A DNA stretch of 64,000 nucleotides from Treponemataceae bacterium (GTDB lineage Bacteria > Spirochaetota > Spirochaetia > Treponematales > Rectinemataceae), in NCBI GenBank assembly GCA_963667725.2, contig CAXXHO010000004.1:72892-136891 (forward strand). Reading direction: 5' to 3'. The notes beneath the pieces were generated by a model that did no database searches, was not told the origin of the DNA, and saw only the letters and a list, made by a program, of their open reading frames with translations. Positions within the stretch are counted from its first letter, which is position 1, and every line of letters starts with the position of its first letter. Below are positions 1-8,756 of this stretch, in pieces. A program made the position numbers and the translations under genes.

Positions 1-807
1 CGAGGGTATGTACCCCTGGCGGGAGAGGGTGGCATGGTTGGAATCACGGCCTTTCGCCGGTATTTTCCTGGCGTGCCGCCGAGAGGACATAAGGGCTTCC
101 AGGCCATCGAGGGTGGCGAGGTACGCTTTAAGGCCGGCCTGGCCTTGTTTCAGCACTTCGGCGAGGCGCGCTTTGTCGGAGCGCAGTGTTTCGTCGAGCT
201 GATAGCACAGGTTGAGGAGCTCGTTCATTTTGGCGAGGTGCGTGGCGAGCTGTTTTTCTTCAGCTTCAGACGCTTCGTCCAGGTTGTGGCGAACGATGCG
301 CATCCAGAGAAGGAAGCGTTCAAAAATCTCCATAAGGGCTTCGCGGAGATAGTTTGCCTGCGGGTTCTCAATGATGGAGAGATCGATGCCATCGAGGATG
401 GCCTCCGCCGCGCCGCGCGCGCAGAGCCTCAGCGCTTTGCGTCCGGATTCGGGAATGCCCGTTACGCAGAGGCCCACGAGCGTTCGATCGATCGCACTTT
501 CCATGAGCCGTTCCCGAAAGGCCGGGTCGGAGGCGAGCTTTTTCTTGGTGAGTTTGCCGATTGCCGCATAGTGTCCGAGTTCGACGGCGAGGAAGTTTTC
601 AATATCGGCCGCATCAACCGAAAGGTCGTATTCCTCGGCGAGGTCGTGAAAGGGGTCGCGGGAGGGCAATGCGCCCTGGGTGATGTCTTGAAGCATTTCC
701 TGCATGAGGGCCAGCTCTTTATCGGAGAGTCCCTCCAGCATGGCATTGAAGGCATTGCCGATCGTCGCGGCATCGAGGGGGTCTCTGCTCTTTTTCGTGG
801 TTCCCAT
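1..807 (-). CDS. hypothetical alpha-helical protein, 3' end runs off the window
   Basis: ATG at 807 (MGTTKKSRDPLDAATIGNAF...) preceded by a TAGAGT -10-like hexamer; it is the antisense register of the listed 34..861 + shadow ORF; I did not check every codon. Confidence 0.5.
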   Translation of the reverse strand, partial: MGTTKKSRDPLDAATIGNAFNAMLEGLSDKELALMQEMLQDITQGALPSRDPFHDLAEEYDLSVDAADIENFLAVELGHYAAIGKLTKKKLASDPAFRERLMESAIDRTLVGLCVTGIPESGRKALRLCARGAAEAILDGIDLSIIENPQANYLREALMEIFERFLLWMRIVRHNLDEASEAEEKQLATHLAKMNELLNLCYQLDETLRSDKARLAEVLKQGQAGLKAYLATLDGLEALMSSRRHARKIPAKGRDSNHATLSRQGYIPS

Positions 808-841
808 GGGTGTTTACTCTATGATGTTTCTTTGGTTTTTG

Positions 842-885
842 CCAGAAGGTTTTCCTGGTAGTCCTGATGGTCCTGCTATCCTGTT
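842..885 (+). repeat. ACAGGA-box element E1 (right arm only)
   Basis: TTTCCTGGTAGTCCTGATGGTCCTGCTATCCTGT matches the right arm of the full copies. Confidence 0.75.
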
Positions 886-890
886 AAAAA

Positions 891-923
891 GTTGAAAATT
901 GGGGTCTGACCCCGAAGCTAGAG
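891..923. repeat. GGGGTCWGACCCC REP-like hairpin, copy 1
   Basis: GGGGTCTGACCCC at 901-913; left flank GTTGAAAATT resembles the other copies. Confidence 0.7.
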
Positions 924-2231
924 CGCCCACCAGGGGATGGCGGTGACTGTGTCGCTTATGCGAAGGGGATACGGGGCACGGCAAACGATGTATCCCTGAG
1001 GCGCGACGGCCTTATGATCCTGCAGGAACGCCTCGAGATGGCGCGCATCCTTTTTTGTCGGGTTTTCCGTCCATTTCACCTCTATCGGGACAAGCGCTCC
1101 CGCACGCTCCACGATAAAATCAATCTCAGCTCCGCCCGCGGTGCGATAATAGCTGAGTTTCGCGTCTCCGCGATAGGCAAGCCTCTTATAGAGCTCTATG
1201 CCCACCCATTGTTCAAAAAGAGGGCCCGGGTTCGCGAGCACCGTGTCCGGACCGAAGGAAAGCCCCGCCAGCGCATTCCGCACGCCGAGATCGATGAAAA
1301 AGAATCGGGGGCTGGAAAGCGCGGTCTTGCGCGGGCTTCCGGAAAAAGCGGGTACCGTGAATCCAAGAAACATGTCCTCGAGAAGCTGATAATGCGCCTT
1401 GATCGTGGGCGAGGAGACTCCCGATTCTTTGGCGATCCCTGAAAAGTTGACAATGCTCCCCGATTCGGCGGCCGCGAGCGACAAGAATCGCAGGAAAGGC
1501 CCCCACGCCCTTATCTGCGCTTCCCGATGAAGCTCCTCCTCGACATACGCGCCCGCATAGGCGCGAAGCACGTCGCTCCTATCGGAGCGCTCGACCGCAA
1601 TTCCGGGAAGATCGCCAAAAGTCATCCTATCCTCGAGGCTCCTCGGCGGAAAGGGTATCTTCAGGGAAGGTTCATCCTGAAGACAGGGAAGCAGGCTTCG
1701 CCTTCCGGCGAGTCGGTCGATAGGATATCCCACGGGGATCGTTTGTTCGTACTCGGCGCTGGTGAGCGGATAGAGTCGATGCATGAAGCTTCTGCCGGGG
1801 AGCAAATTGGCGCCGATGCGCCTGAGCCGCCGCGCCGAGCTCCCGCAAAGTATGAAACGGCTGCGCCGCTCTTCCGGCAAAATTCGTTTTTCCTCATCGT
1901 AAAGAAATTGGACCGCATCGAAAAGCTCCGGTACGGTTTGGGCCTCGTCAAGGAAGACCCATCGCGGAGTACCCGCGCGAGGGTTCCCCGAATCGGGGAG
2001 CGCTCGGTAAAGATCGATGAACCTCCCGGGAGCGGCGGCGAACCGCATCCGCAGGGAGGGATCGGAAAAATCGAAGACGAGCGCATCGGAGGGAATACAG
2101 CTTCTAATGAGCGTCGATTTCCCCGTTTGACGAGCGCCGAACATGATATGGACATAGGGCGCCGCCAATTTTTTAGAAAACTCCCCGAAATAAAGTCGAT
2201 CGAACAGTTCCATATCCGAATCATCGAACAT
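918..2231 (-). CDS. AAA_14 ATPase with C-terminal DUF4143 (PD-(D/E)XK-like) domain
   Basis: Walker A GARQTGKS, Walker B FLDEAQ, ILCGSS, and C-terminal EIDFIVE...PIEVK. Confidence 0.9.
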   Translation of the reverse strand: MFDDSDMELFDRLYFGEFSKKLAAPYVHIMFGARQTGKSTLIRSCIPSDALVFDFSDPSLRMRFAAAPGRFIDLYRALPDSGNPRAGTPRWVFLDEAQTVPELFDAVQFLYDEEKRILPEERRSRFILCGSSARRLRRIGANLLPGRSFMHRLYPLTSAEYEQTIPVGYPIDRLAGRRSLLPCLQDEPSLKIPFPPRSLEDRMTFGDLPGIAVERSDRSDVLRAYAGAYVEEELHREAQIRAWGPFLRFLSLAAAESGSIVNFSGIAKESGVSSPTIKAHYQLLEDMFLGFTVPAFSGSPRKTALSSPRFFFIDLGVRNALAGLSFGPDTVLANPGPLFEQWVGIELYKRLAYRGDAKLSYYRTAGGAEIDFIVERAGALVPIEVKWTENPTKKDARHLEAFLQDHKAVAPQGYIVCRAPYPLRISDTVTAIPWWAL

Positions 2232-2253
2232 TTGCCCAGAATTGTAAACTATT

Positions 2254-2282
2254 ACTTTAAATAATTTGAGTATTTTTAAAGT
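2254..2282. promoter_or_regulatory. imperfect palindrome (putative operator) upstream of the AAA_14 gene; -10 TACAAT on the - strand
   Basis: ACTTTAAATA-n7-TATTTTTAAAGT in an AT-rich island ~22 bp upstream of the ATG. Confidence 0.45.
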
Positions 2283-2304
2283 GTTGCTTTTAATTTGTTG
2301 ACAA

Positions 2305-2483
2305 GACAGGATTACAGGATGGGACAGGATTTACAGGAAGGAGTTTCGGGTTAGGAAAGAGGACGCTGCGCGCTTCTCGGAGCTTGGCGCGGTTACCGCG
2401 GTTACCTATCGCTGGACTTCTCTTTCTTGACCAAAGGCGCTTTCCTGTAGGTCCTGAAGGTCCTGTCGTCCTGTCGTCCTGTC
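2305..2483 (+). repeat. ACAGGA-box inverted-arm element E2
   Basis: left arm GACAGGATTACAGGATGGGACAGGATTTACAGGAAG...GGGTTAGGAAAG; right arm CTTTCTTGACCAAAG...TTTCCTGTAGGTCCTGAAGGTCCTGTCGTCCTGTC. Confidence 0.95.
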
Positions 2484-2569
2484 CTTGGGCTTCTTGAATT
2501 ACGGGAAGCCGCGGAGATACTTAAACTTATCGGAGTTTCCATTTTCCACGCATCACCGCCTGGGAGGAA

Positions 2570-3547
2570 ATGATGAACAAAAAGGCTACCCGGCATTTTG
2601 GATTCCCGTCGATCATCCTGGCGCTCCTCGCGCTGGCGGCATGGGGCGCGCTGGCCGCCTGCAGCCTGGACACCTACGAACCCAAGGAAAACGAAGTGAA
2701 GGTGACCATCTCGGGCCTGGGCGACAAGGCCGTCCTTGCCCGCGAAAGCCTTGGCGCCGAGAAGGCGCGGGGCTTCGCGGCGTCCTGGGTGAAGGTGGCG
2801 GTGATCGACGGCGACGGCGCCCAAACCGGATCGGGCAGCCTCGCCCTGGAGAACGGCGTCTGGGAAGGCTACGTCCAGCTGTCCGGCCCGGGCGCGATGA
2901 CCTTCATCGTCTCCGCCGGAACGGCGGCAGACCAGGTCTCGTGGATGGGCAACGGCGCCCTGACCGTCGGCGGGAAAGGCCAGGAGATCACCGTGACGGT
3001 GACGGTGCCCGCCCTCGGCGCGAAGGGCCCCGCCGGCGGCTCGATCTTCTACGACAAGGGCAGCTACTCGAACGGCTGGCGATACCTGGAAGCCTCGCCC
3101 ACCGACACCGCGGCGACGGCCTCCGTTTCCGACAATGGGTACCGGCTCTGGGCGGCCCAGACAACCTATGTCGTGGGCAACACCTACGCGGGGATCGGCT
3201 ACGGCAAGGAGAACACGGACTGGATCCAGGCCGCGGGCAACGCCACGATGTACCCGGCCGCCTGGTATTGCGCCGAATTGGAATGCGGCGGCGCGGCCGA
3301 CTGGTTCCTGCCCTCGTGGGACGAGCTTGCCGAGATGCGGAAGGTCATCGGCCACGCCGGCTTCCATGTCGAGTATCAAGGCGCCTTTTGGTCTTCGACC
3401 GAGCGGACGGCCCTGGACGGCGGCACGGACGCGGCCTACTACGTCTACACAGACGCCTACAAGACGACGAAGGGTCCGGCGCTGAAGACCAACGCGGACG
3501 TGTACGTGAAGGCCGCGCGGCGGTTTTTATGTAAGAGGACAGGATGA
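2570..3547 (+). CDS. lipoprotein with C-terminal DUF1566/Lcl-like (CLec-fold) domain
   Basis: GGGAGG RBS; signal peptide with LAAC lipobox; motifs GPAGGSIFYDKG...WRYLEA, DWFLPSWDEL, FWSS. Confidence 0.75.
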   Translation: MMNKKATRHFGFPSIILALLALAAWGALAACSLDTYEPKENEVKVTISGLGDKAVLARESLGAEKARGFAASWVKVAVIDGDGAQTGSGSLALENGVWEGYVQLSGPGAMTFIVSAGTAADQVSWMGNGALTVGGKGQEITVTVTVPALGAKGPAGGSIFYDKGSYSNGWRYLEASPTDTAATASVSDNGYRLWAAQTTYVVGNTYAGIGYGKENTDWIQAAGNATMYPAAWYCAELECGGAADWFLPSWDELAEMRKVIGHAGFHVEYQGAFWSSTERTALDGGTDAAYYVYTDAYKTTKGPALKTNADVYVKAARRFLCKRTG

Positions 3548-3702
3548 CGGGAATGGGACAGGATTTACTGAGAGAATGTTTTTGGGTTAGGAAAGACGAC
3601 GTTGTGCGCTTCTCGGGGACTGGCACGGTTGCCTATCGCCGCGCTTCTCTTTCTTGACCAAAGGTTCTTTCCTGTAGGTCCTGATGGTCCTGTCGTCCTG
3701 TC
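3538..3702 (+). repeat. ACAGGA-box inverted-arm element E3
   Basis: same arms as E2 with a related spacer; supplies the TGA stop of the upstream lipoprotein. Confidence 0.95.
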
Positions 3703-3754
3703 AGATTCCCGAAGAGGGAGCCGGACCATCGGGCTGGCTGCGCTAGCGCTTCAG

Positions 3755-4093
3755 TCATGCCTTTGAGAGTTCGTTTTCAAGCGCTTTCTGCATGAGCTGG
3801 TTCAGGGAGATCCCCTGCTCCACCGCCGTTCGCTTTGCTCTTTTATGCAGTTCGGGCGATATTCTCACGTTGAAGCTTCCCTTATAGGATTTTTCAGTTT
3901 CCTTTTCCTCTCGCTTGCAGGTTTCAAGATAGTCTTCAACGGATTCCTTAAAGGCGGATTTGAGGGCGTCGACGCTTTTCGCCTCAAAGGTCACCAAGTC
4001 GTCTATCCCTTCCAGCTTGCCATAGAAGATTTCGTCTTCAGCGCAGTAATGTACCGAGCCCATATAGTCTTTATAGGTAAGAACGTCTTTCAT
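3755..4093 (-). CDS. hicB: HicB-family antitoxin (no adjacent hicA)
   Basis: YKDYMGSV...FYGKLEGIDDLVTFE...SVEDYLETC...YKGSFNVRISPELH...SLNQ. Confidence 0.9.
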   Translation of the reverse strand: MKDVLTYKDYMGSVHYCAEDEIFYGKLEGIDDLVTFEAKSVDALKSAFKESVEDYLETCKREEKETEKSYKGSFNVRISPELHKRAKRTAVEQGISLNQLMQKALENELSKA

Positions 4094-4107
4094 TGTCTTT
4101 ATTATAC

Positions 4108-4266
4108 GACAGGACTACGGGATGGGACAGGATTTACAAGAAGGAGCTTTTAGGTTAGGAGGGCGCGCGGCGCTTATCGGAGCCTATTTAGGTTATGCAT
4201 ACTTGCTCTTCTCTTTCTTAACCAAAGGTTCTTTCCTGTAGGTCCTGATGGTCCTGTCGTCCTGTC
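4108..4266 (+). repeat. ACAGGA-box inverted-arm element E4
   Basis: same arms; its right arm encodes the GxxExxY C-terminal tail and stop codon on the - strand. Confidence 0.95.
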
Positions 4267-4646
4267 GTGGTTTTGGGCGTGTAGTCGCGGTACTTGCGCT
4301 TGAAGGTGATGTCCTGGGGGCCGAAGTTGATCACGAGGCCGGTGGGGGTGTCCGTGGCCTTGAGGTAGTTCACGAGCTGGACTTCGTGGGCTTTGGCGAT
4401 GGCCTCGACGGCTTTGAGCTCGAGGATCACGCGGCCTTTGACGATGACGTCGGCGAAGAAGGAGCCGATGACGGTTCCGTCGTAGAAGACGTCGATGGGC
4501 GCCTCGATGATGAAGGGCAAGGCGGCTTTGTGCAGTTCCATGGCCATGGCTTGCTTGTAGACGGATTCCAGGAAGCCGGCGCCGAGGGTGTTGTACACCT
4601 TGAACGCGCACCCGATGATTTTTTCCGTGAGCGGGTCGTCGATCAT
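4218..4646 (-). CDS. GxxExxY protein (PD-(D/E)XK nuclease fold, PDDEXK_3 type)
   Basis: LGAGFLESVY signature, FFADVIV...ILELKAV, QLVNYLKAT...GLVINFG. Confidence 0.95.
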   Translation of the reverse strand: MIDDPLTEKIIGCAFKVYNTLGAGFLESVYKQAMAMELHKAALPFIIEAPIDVFYDGTVIGSFFADVIVKGRVILELKAVEAIAKAHEVQLVNYLKATDTPTGLVINFGPQDITFKRKYRDYTPKTTTGRQDHQDLQERTFG

Positions 4647-4690
4647 GCTAATATTCCGCGCAAAGATAGGGCTCTTGATTCAAATAATTG

Positions 4691-4853
4691 GACAGGACGA
4701 CAGGAATGGGACAGGATTCACAGGAAGCGTTTTTGGGTTAAGAGAGCGCGCGGCTCTTCTCTTAACCCTTTTTCATTTTCTCCGCTCTTCTCTTCTCTTT
4801 CTTTCTTAATCAAAAGCTTTTTCCTGTCAGTCTTGGGGTCCTGTTATCCTGTC
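4691..4853 (+). repeat. ACAGGA-box inverted-arm element E5
   Basis: same arms; inner hairpin GGGTTAAGAG...CTCTTAACCC followed by a pyrimidine tract. Confidence 0.95.
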
Positions 4854-6727
4854 CTACTAGGAAGGAAGAGGCGGGAGGGGTGCTCCGGCCCCAGATGCAG
4901 GGCGTTCGTCGCCGCACGCCAGGTGCGGGAGGAGCCCTCGGGCTCGCCTGTGTTGGGGTTGACGTCGAAGTGGGGGAAGTTGGAGCTGGAGACGTCCAGC
5001 CGGATGCGGTGGCCGGCGGCGAAGAGGTTGCTGGTGGGGAAGGCGCGCACCGTGACCCTGTAGATCCTGCCGGGCTGCAGGGGCTCGGGCGATTCCCAGG
5101 AGTCGCGGTAGCGGGCGCGCAGGATGCCGTCCGTGAGGTTCATGGCGAAGCCGCGGGGATAGTCGGCGGAGGGCGGGTAGACGTCGATCAGCTTGATGGT
5201 GAAGTCGGTGTCCGGGCAGTCGGAGGAGATCCAGAGCTCGGCCTCGATGGGGCCGGTCACCTCGAGGGCGCTCGCCAGGGGCTCGGTTTGGAAGACGAGG
5301 ATGTCGGGGCGCGCCGCGAGGGGGAGGCCGGGGTGGGAGCAGCCGAAGAAGCGTTCGTCTTCGACTTGGTCGAAGGCGCCGCCGCGCATGATGGGTTCGC
5401 CGGAGGTGATGGAGCCGCCGATGGAGGGGACGGGGTCGCGGGGGTCGTAGCGGTAGGCGATCGAGGTTTCCTCTTGTGGCGGCGTGTCGCCCAGGAGCCC
5501 GCCGGGGAGGAGGTGGAGGGCTCGGCGCTCGGCGTCGGGCAGGGGCCAGTCGGGGGCGCTGCGCCATTCGCCGCCGTGCTCGAGCCGGCCCTGGGCGTTT
5601 TTGCGGCCGGAGCCGCCGCCCATGCGGAAATAGCGCACAGGGAGATCGGATTGGGCCGCGCCGGAGGCGGGGGCTTTGAGCCAGCGGTCGAACCAGGTGA
5701 GGCGGAGCTGGAGGAAGTCGGGGGCCACGTTCCCCTCCAGGGGGGCGCGGGGGCCGAAATCGACGTCGCCCGCATAGGTGAGGCAGCGGTCGCCGTGGGT
5801 CCAGGGGCCAAGGATGAGGGCCAGGGGGCCTTTGCCTCGCCGCTTGAGGTCCTGGTAGTTCTCGGTGGCGGTGCGGGGGTAGGGGTCGTACCAGCTGGAC
5901 ATGTGGACCATGGGGATGGCCGCGAAGCCGTCCATGTAGGCGGCGGCGCAGATGCCGAGCCGGCGCCAGAATTCGTCGTACCGGCCGTGGCCCCACTGCT
6001 CCAATAAATAGTCCTCGAAGTCGGGGAGCCAGCGCAGGGGGGACTGGCCGGCGCGCCAGGGGAGGGCGCGGAACCAGGCGCGGATGTGGGCGAATTCGGA
6101 CTCCAGCGCGCCCTTGACGAGGGGGTCGGCAGCGGCCTCGGGGCTCTGGATGGCCTGGCGCATGGCCCAGGTGGCCTGCTTGAGCTCGAAGGCCCCGCCC
6201 TGCCTGATGCCGCCCTGGTAGGCGTCGTGAAAGCCGCCGGAGTCGACGAACATGGCCTTGAGGGCGGTGGGCGCCAGGCAGGCGGCGGCCACTTGGGTGT
6301 GGGCCGCATAGGAGAGGCCCATAGTGCCGACCTTGCCGTCACACCAGCTCTGGGCGGCGATCCAGGCGATGGCGTCGTAGCCGTCCTCGCCTTCGGAGAG
6401 GTATTTGGTGAAGGTTCCTTCCGAGCGGTGGGTGCCGCGGCAGTCCTGGTAGACGAAGGCGTAGCCCCGCTCGACGAAGTAGGCGGCCACTTCAGCGCGG
6501 CCGAGGGGCTGGGGGTTGGCGACGCTCCGCTCCGAGCGGGAGGGGGCGGTTTTGTCGTAGGGGGTGCGCTCGAGGATGACGGGGAAAGACCCTGGGAGAG
6601 CGGCTTGGCCGCCGCTCTCCCCGCCGGCCGCGGCGGGCAGGTAGACGTCGGTGGCGAGGCGGACGCCGTCGCGCATCGGGACCATGACGTTGGAAAGGAG
6701 CACGTAGGTTTTCTTCGTTTCGGGCAT
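4844..6727 (-). CDS. CocE/NonD family hydrolase (alpha/beta hydrolase, peptidase S15)
   Basis: MRDGVRLATDVYLP, RTPY, GxSY nucleophile (GLSYAA), GPWTH, GHRIRLDVSSSNFPHFDVN; GGAGG RBS before ATG 6727. Confidence 0.92.
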   Translation of the reverse strand: MPETKKTYVLLSNVMVPMRDGVRLATDVYLPAAAGGESGGQAALPGSFPVILERTPYDKTAPSRSERSVANPQPLGRAEVAAYFVERGYAFVYQDCRGTHRSEGTFTKYLSEGEDGYDAIAWIAAQSWCDGKVGTMGLSYAAHTQVAAACLAPTALKAMFVDSGGFHDAYQGGIRQGGAFELKQATWAMRQAIQSPEAAADPLVKGALESEFAHIRAWFRALPWRAGQSPLRWLPDFEDYLLEQWGHGRYDEFWRRLGICAAAYMDGFAAIPMVHMSSWYDPYPRTATENYQDLKRRGKGPLALILGPWTHGDRCLTYAGDVDFGPRAPLEGNVAPDFLQLRLTWFDRWLKAPASGAAQSDLPVRYFRMGGGSGRKNAQGRLEHGGEWRSAPDWPLPDAERRALHLLPGGLLGDTPPQEETSIAYRYDPRDPVPSIGGSITSGEPIMRGGAFDQVEDERFFGCSHPGLPLAARPDILVFQTEPLASALEVTGPIEAELWISSDCPDTDFTIKLIDVYPPSADYPRGFAMNLTDGILRARYRDSWESPEPLQPGRIYRVTVRAFPTSNLFAAGHRIRLDVSSSNFPHFDVNPNTGEPEGSSRTWRAATNALHLGPEHPSRLFLPSRTG

Positions 6728-6752
6728 GGTGCCTCCGTTATTTCGGCCGCTC

Positions 6753-6785
6753 GTTAAAAAACGGGGTCTGACCCCGATTTTTAAC
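6753..6785. repeat. GGGGTCWGACCCC REP-like 33-bp hairpin, copy 2
   Basis: GTTAAAAAACGGGGTC-T-GACCCCGATTTTTAAC, 16-bp arms with one mismatch. Confidence 0.85.
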
Positions 6786-7779
6786 TTTTCGTGTTGAGGT
6801 GGCAGGCGGAGCGGCGGCCTGGAGCGATCTCCGCCAGCGCCGGCGCCGCCTCGCGGCAGAGGGGCATGGCGTGGGGGCAGCGGGGGTGGAAGTGGCAGCC
6901 GGGGGGCGGGTCCAGGGGCGAGGGAATCTCGCCCTTGACGGGGCGGTAGGCGGCCTTGCGGTCCTCGATCTTTGGCACCTGGCTTAAGAGGGCCTGGGTA
7001 TAGGGGTGGTTGGGCGCGGCGAAGAGCTCCGCGGCGGGGCCTTCCTCGACCAGGCGGCCCAGGTACATGACCATGACGCGGTCGGAGATGTGCTTGACCA
7101 CGCCGATGGAGTGGCTGACGAAGAGGTAGCTCAAGGAAAGTTCCTCGCGGAGCTTCATGAAGAGGTTGAGGATCTGGGCTTGGATGGAGACGTCCAGGGA
7201 GGCGACGGCCTCGTCGGCGACGATCAGCTCGGGGCGCACGGCCAGGGCGCGGGCGATGCCGACGCGCTGGCGCTGGCCGCCGGAGAACTGGTGGGGGTAG
7301 CGGTCCATGTAGGCCGGGTCCAGGCCGCAGCGGGAGAGGGTCTCGGCCACCCATGCGTCGAGGTTTTCCGCGGGCACGAGGCCGTGGACGAGGGGGGCTT
7401 CGCCGACGATGTCCCGCACGCGGAGGCGGGGGTTGAGGGAGGCGTAGGGGTCCTGGAAGATCATCTGGGCGCCCAGGGCCTTGAGGCGCTCAGTTTTGGT
7501 GCGGGCGTCGGCCAGGGAGACGCCGTTGTACAGGACCTTGCCCGCGCTGGGCGGAAGGAGGCCGACGGCCATGCGGCCCAGGGTGGACTTGCCGCAGCCG
7601 GACTCGCCGACGAAGCCCACGACTTCGCCCCGGGCGAGGGTGAAGCTGACGTTGTCCACGGCGCGGACGGCGCGCTCGTCGACATGGCCGCCGAGGCGTT
7701 TGACGATCTTGGCGGGCAGGTCGAGTTTCTTGGAAAAGACTTTGGAGACGCCCTCGACGGTGAGGATGGGATCGCTCAT
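6781..7779 (-). CDS. oligopeptide/dipeptide ABC transporter ATP-binding protein (OppF/DppF type)
   Basis: [20 protein letters not shown]...GCHFHPRC. Confidence 0.93.
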   Translation of the reverse strand: MSDPILTVEGVSKVFSKKLDLPAKIVKRLGGHVDERAVRAVDNVSFTLARGEVVGFVGESGCGKSTLGRMAVGLLPPSAGKVLYNGVSLADARTKTERLKALGAQMIFQDPYASLNPRLRVRDIVGEAPLVHGLVPAENLDAWVAETLSRCGLDPAYMDRYPHQFSGGQRQRVGIARALAVRPELIVADEAVASLDVSIQAQILNLFMKLREELSLSYLFVSHSIGVVKHISDRVMVMYLGRLVEEGPAAELFAAPNHPYTQALLSQVPKIEDRKAAYRPVKGEIPSPLDPPPGCHFHPRCPHAMPLCREAAPALAEIAPGRRSACHLNTKS

Positions 7780-8756
7780 ACCGGTTCCTCCTCGCTGTGG
7801 GGGTGATGGCAGCGGCAGCCGCGGCCGGGGCCGAGCTCGGTTTCGGCGGGGTCGCGATCGCAGGAGGCGTCGGCCCTGGGGCAGCGCGCCCGGAAGGCGC
7901 ATTCCTCGCCGATGGCGAGGGGAGAGGGGGTCATGCCGGGGATCTGGTAGAGTTCGCCGCCCCGAGCCGAGCGCGCGGGCAGGGAACGTATCAGGCCGCG
8001 GGTGTAGGGGTGGCGGGGGTGGTCCAGGATCTGGTCCACGGTGCCGCGCTCCACGATCTTGCCGGCGTACATCACGCAGATTTTATCGGCCAGGCCGGCC
8101 ACCACGGAGAGGTCGTGGGTGATCCAGATCAGGGCGGTGCCGGACTCGGCGCAGAGGGCGCGCATTTCGTACAGGATTTGGGCCTGGATGGTAACGTCCA
8201 GGGCGGTGGTGGGTTCGTCGGCGATGATGAGGGCGGGTTGGTTCAGGAGGGCGATGGCGATGCAGACGCGCTGGCGCATGCCGCCCGAGAACTGGTGGGG
8301 ATAGGCGGCGAGCCTTTCCTCCGGCGAGGGGATGCCGACCTTGCGCAGGGCCTCCACGGCGCGGCGGCGGGCCTCGGCCTCGCCCACTTTGGCGTGGGCG
8401 CGCACGGCCTCGACCATCTGGGTGCCGATGCGCAAGACGGGGTTCAGGGTCATGAGGGGGTCCTGGAAGACCGCCGCGATGGCCGAGCCGCGCAGCTGGC
8501 GGCGCCGTTCCTCGCTCATGGCGAGCATGTCCTCGCCTTTGAAGAGGATATGGCCGCCGGCGATCCTGCCCGGGCTGTCCACGAGGCCGAGGATGGAAAA
8601 GCCGGTGACGCTCTTGCCGGAGCCGGACTCGCCCACGATGCCGAGGACTTCCCCGGCGTCCAGGGTGAAGGAGATGTCGTTGACGGCCTTGACCTCGCCC
8701 GCCTTGGTGAAAAAGGAGGTTCGGAGATCGCGCACGTCCAGGGTGGGGGGGGTCAT
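7776..8756 (-). CDS. oligopeptide/dipeptide ABC transporter ATP-binding protein (OppD/DppD type)
   Basis: [31 protein letters not shown]. Confidence 0.93.
   Translation of the reverse strand: MTPPTLDVRDLRTSFFTKAGEVKAVNDISFTLDAGEVLGIVGESGSGKSVTGFSILGLVDSPGRIAGGHILFKGEDMLAMSEERRRQLRGSAIAAVFQDPLMTLNPVLRIGTQMVEAVRAHAKVGEAEARRRAVEALRKVGIPSPEERLAAYPHQFSGGMRQRVCIAIALLNQPALIIADEPTTALDVTIQAQILYEMRALCAESGTALIWITHDLSVVAGLADKICVMYAGKIVERGTVDQILDHPRHPYTRGLIRSLPARSARGGELYQIPGMTPSPLAIGEECAFRARCPRADASCDRDPAETELGPGRGCRCHHPHSEEEPV

Noticed and set aside
2570..4853. Complete diversity-generating retroelement
   Set aside because: No reverse transcriptase, Avd or template repeat in the window
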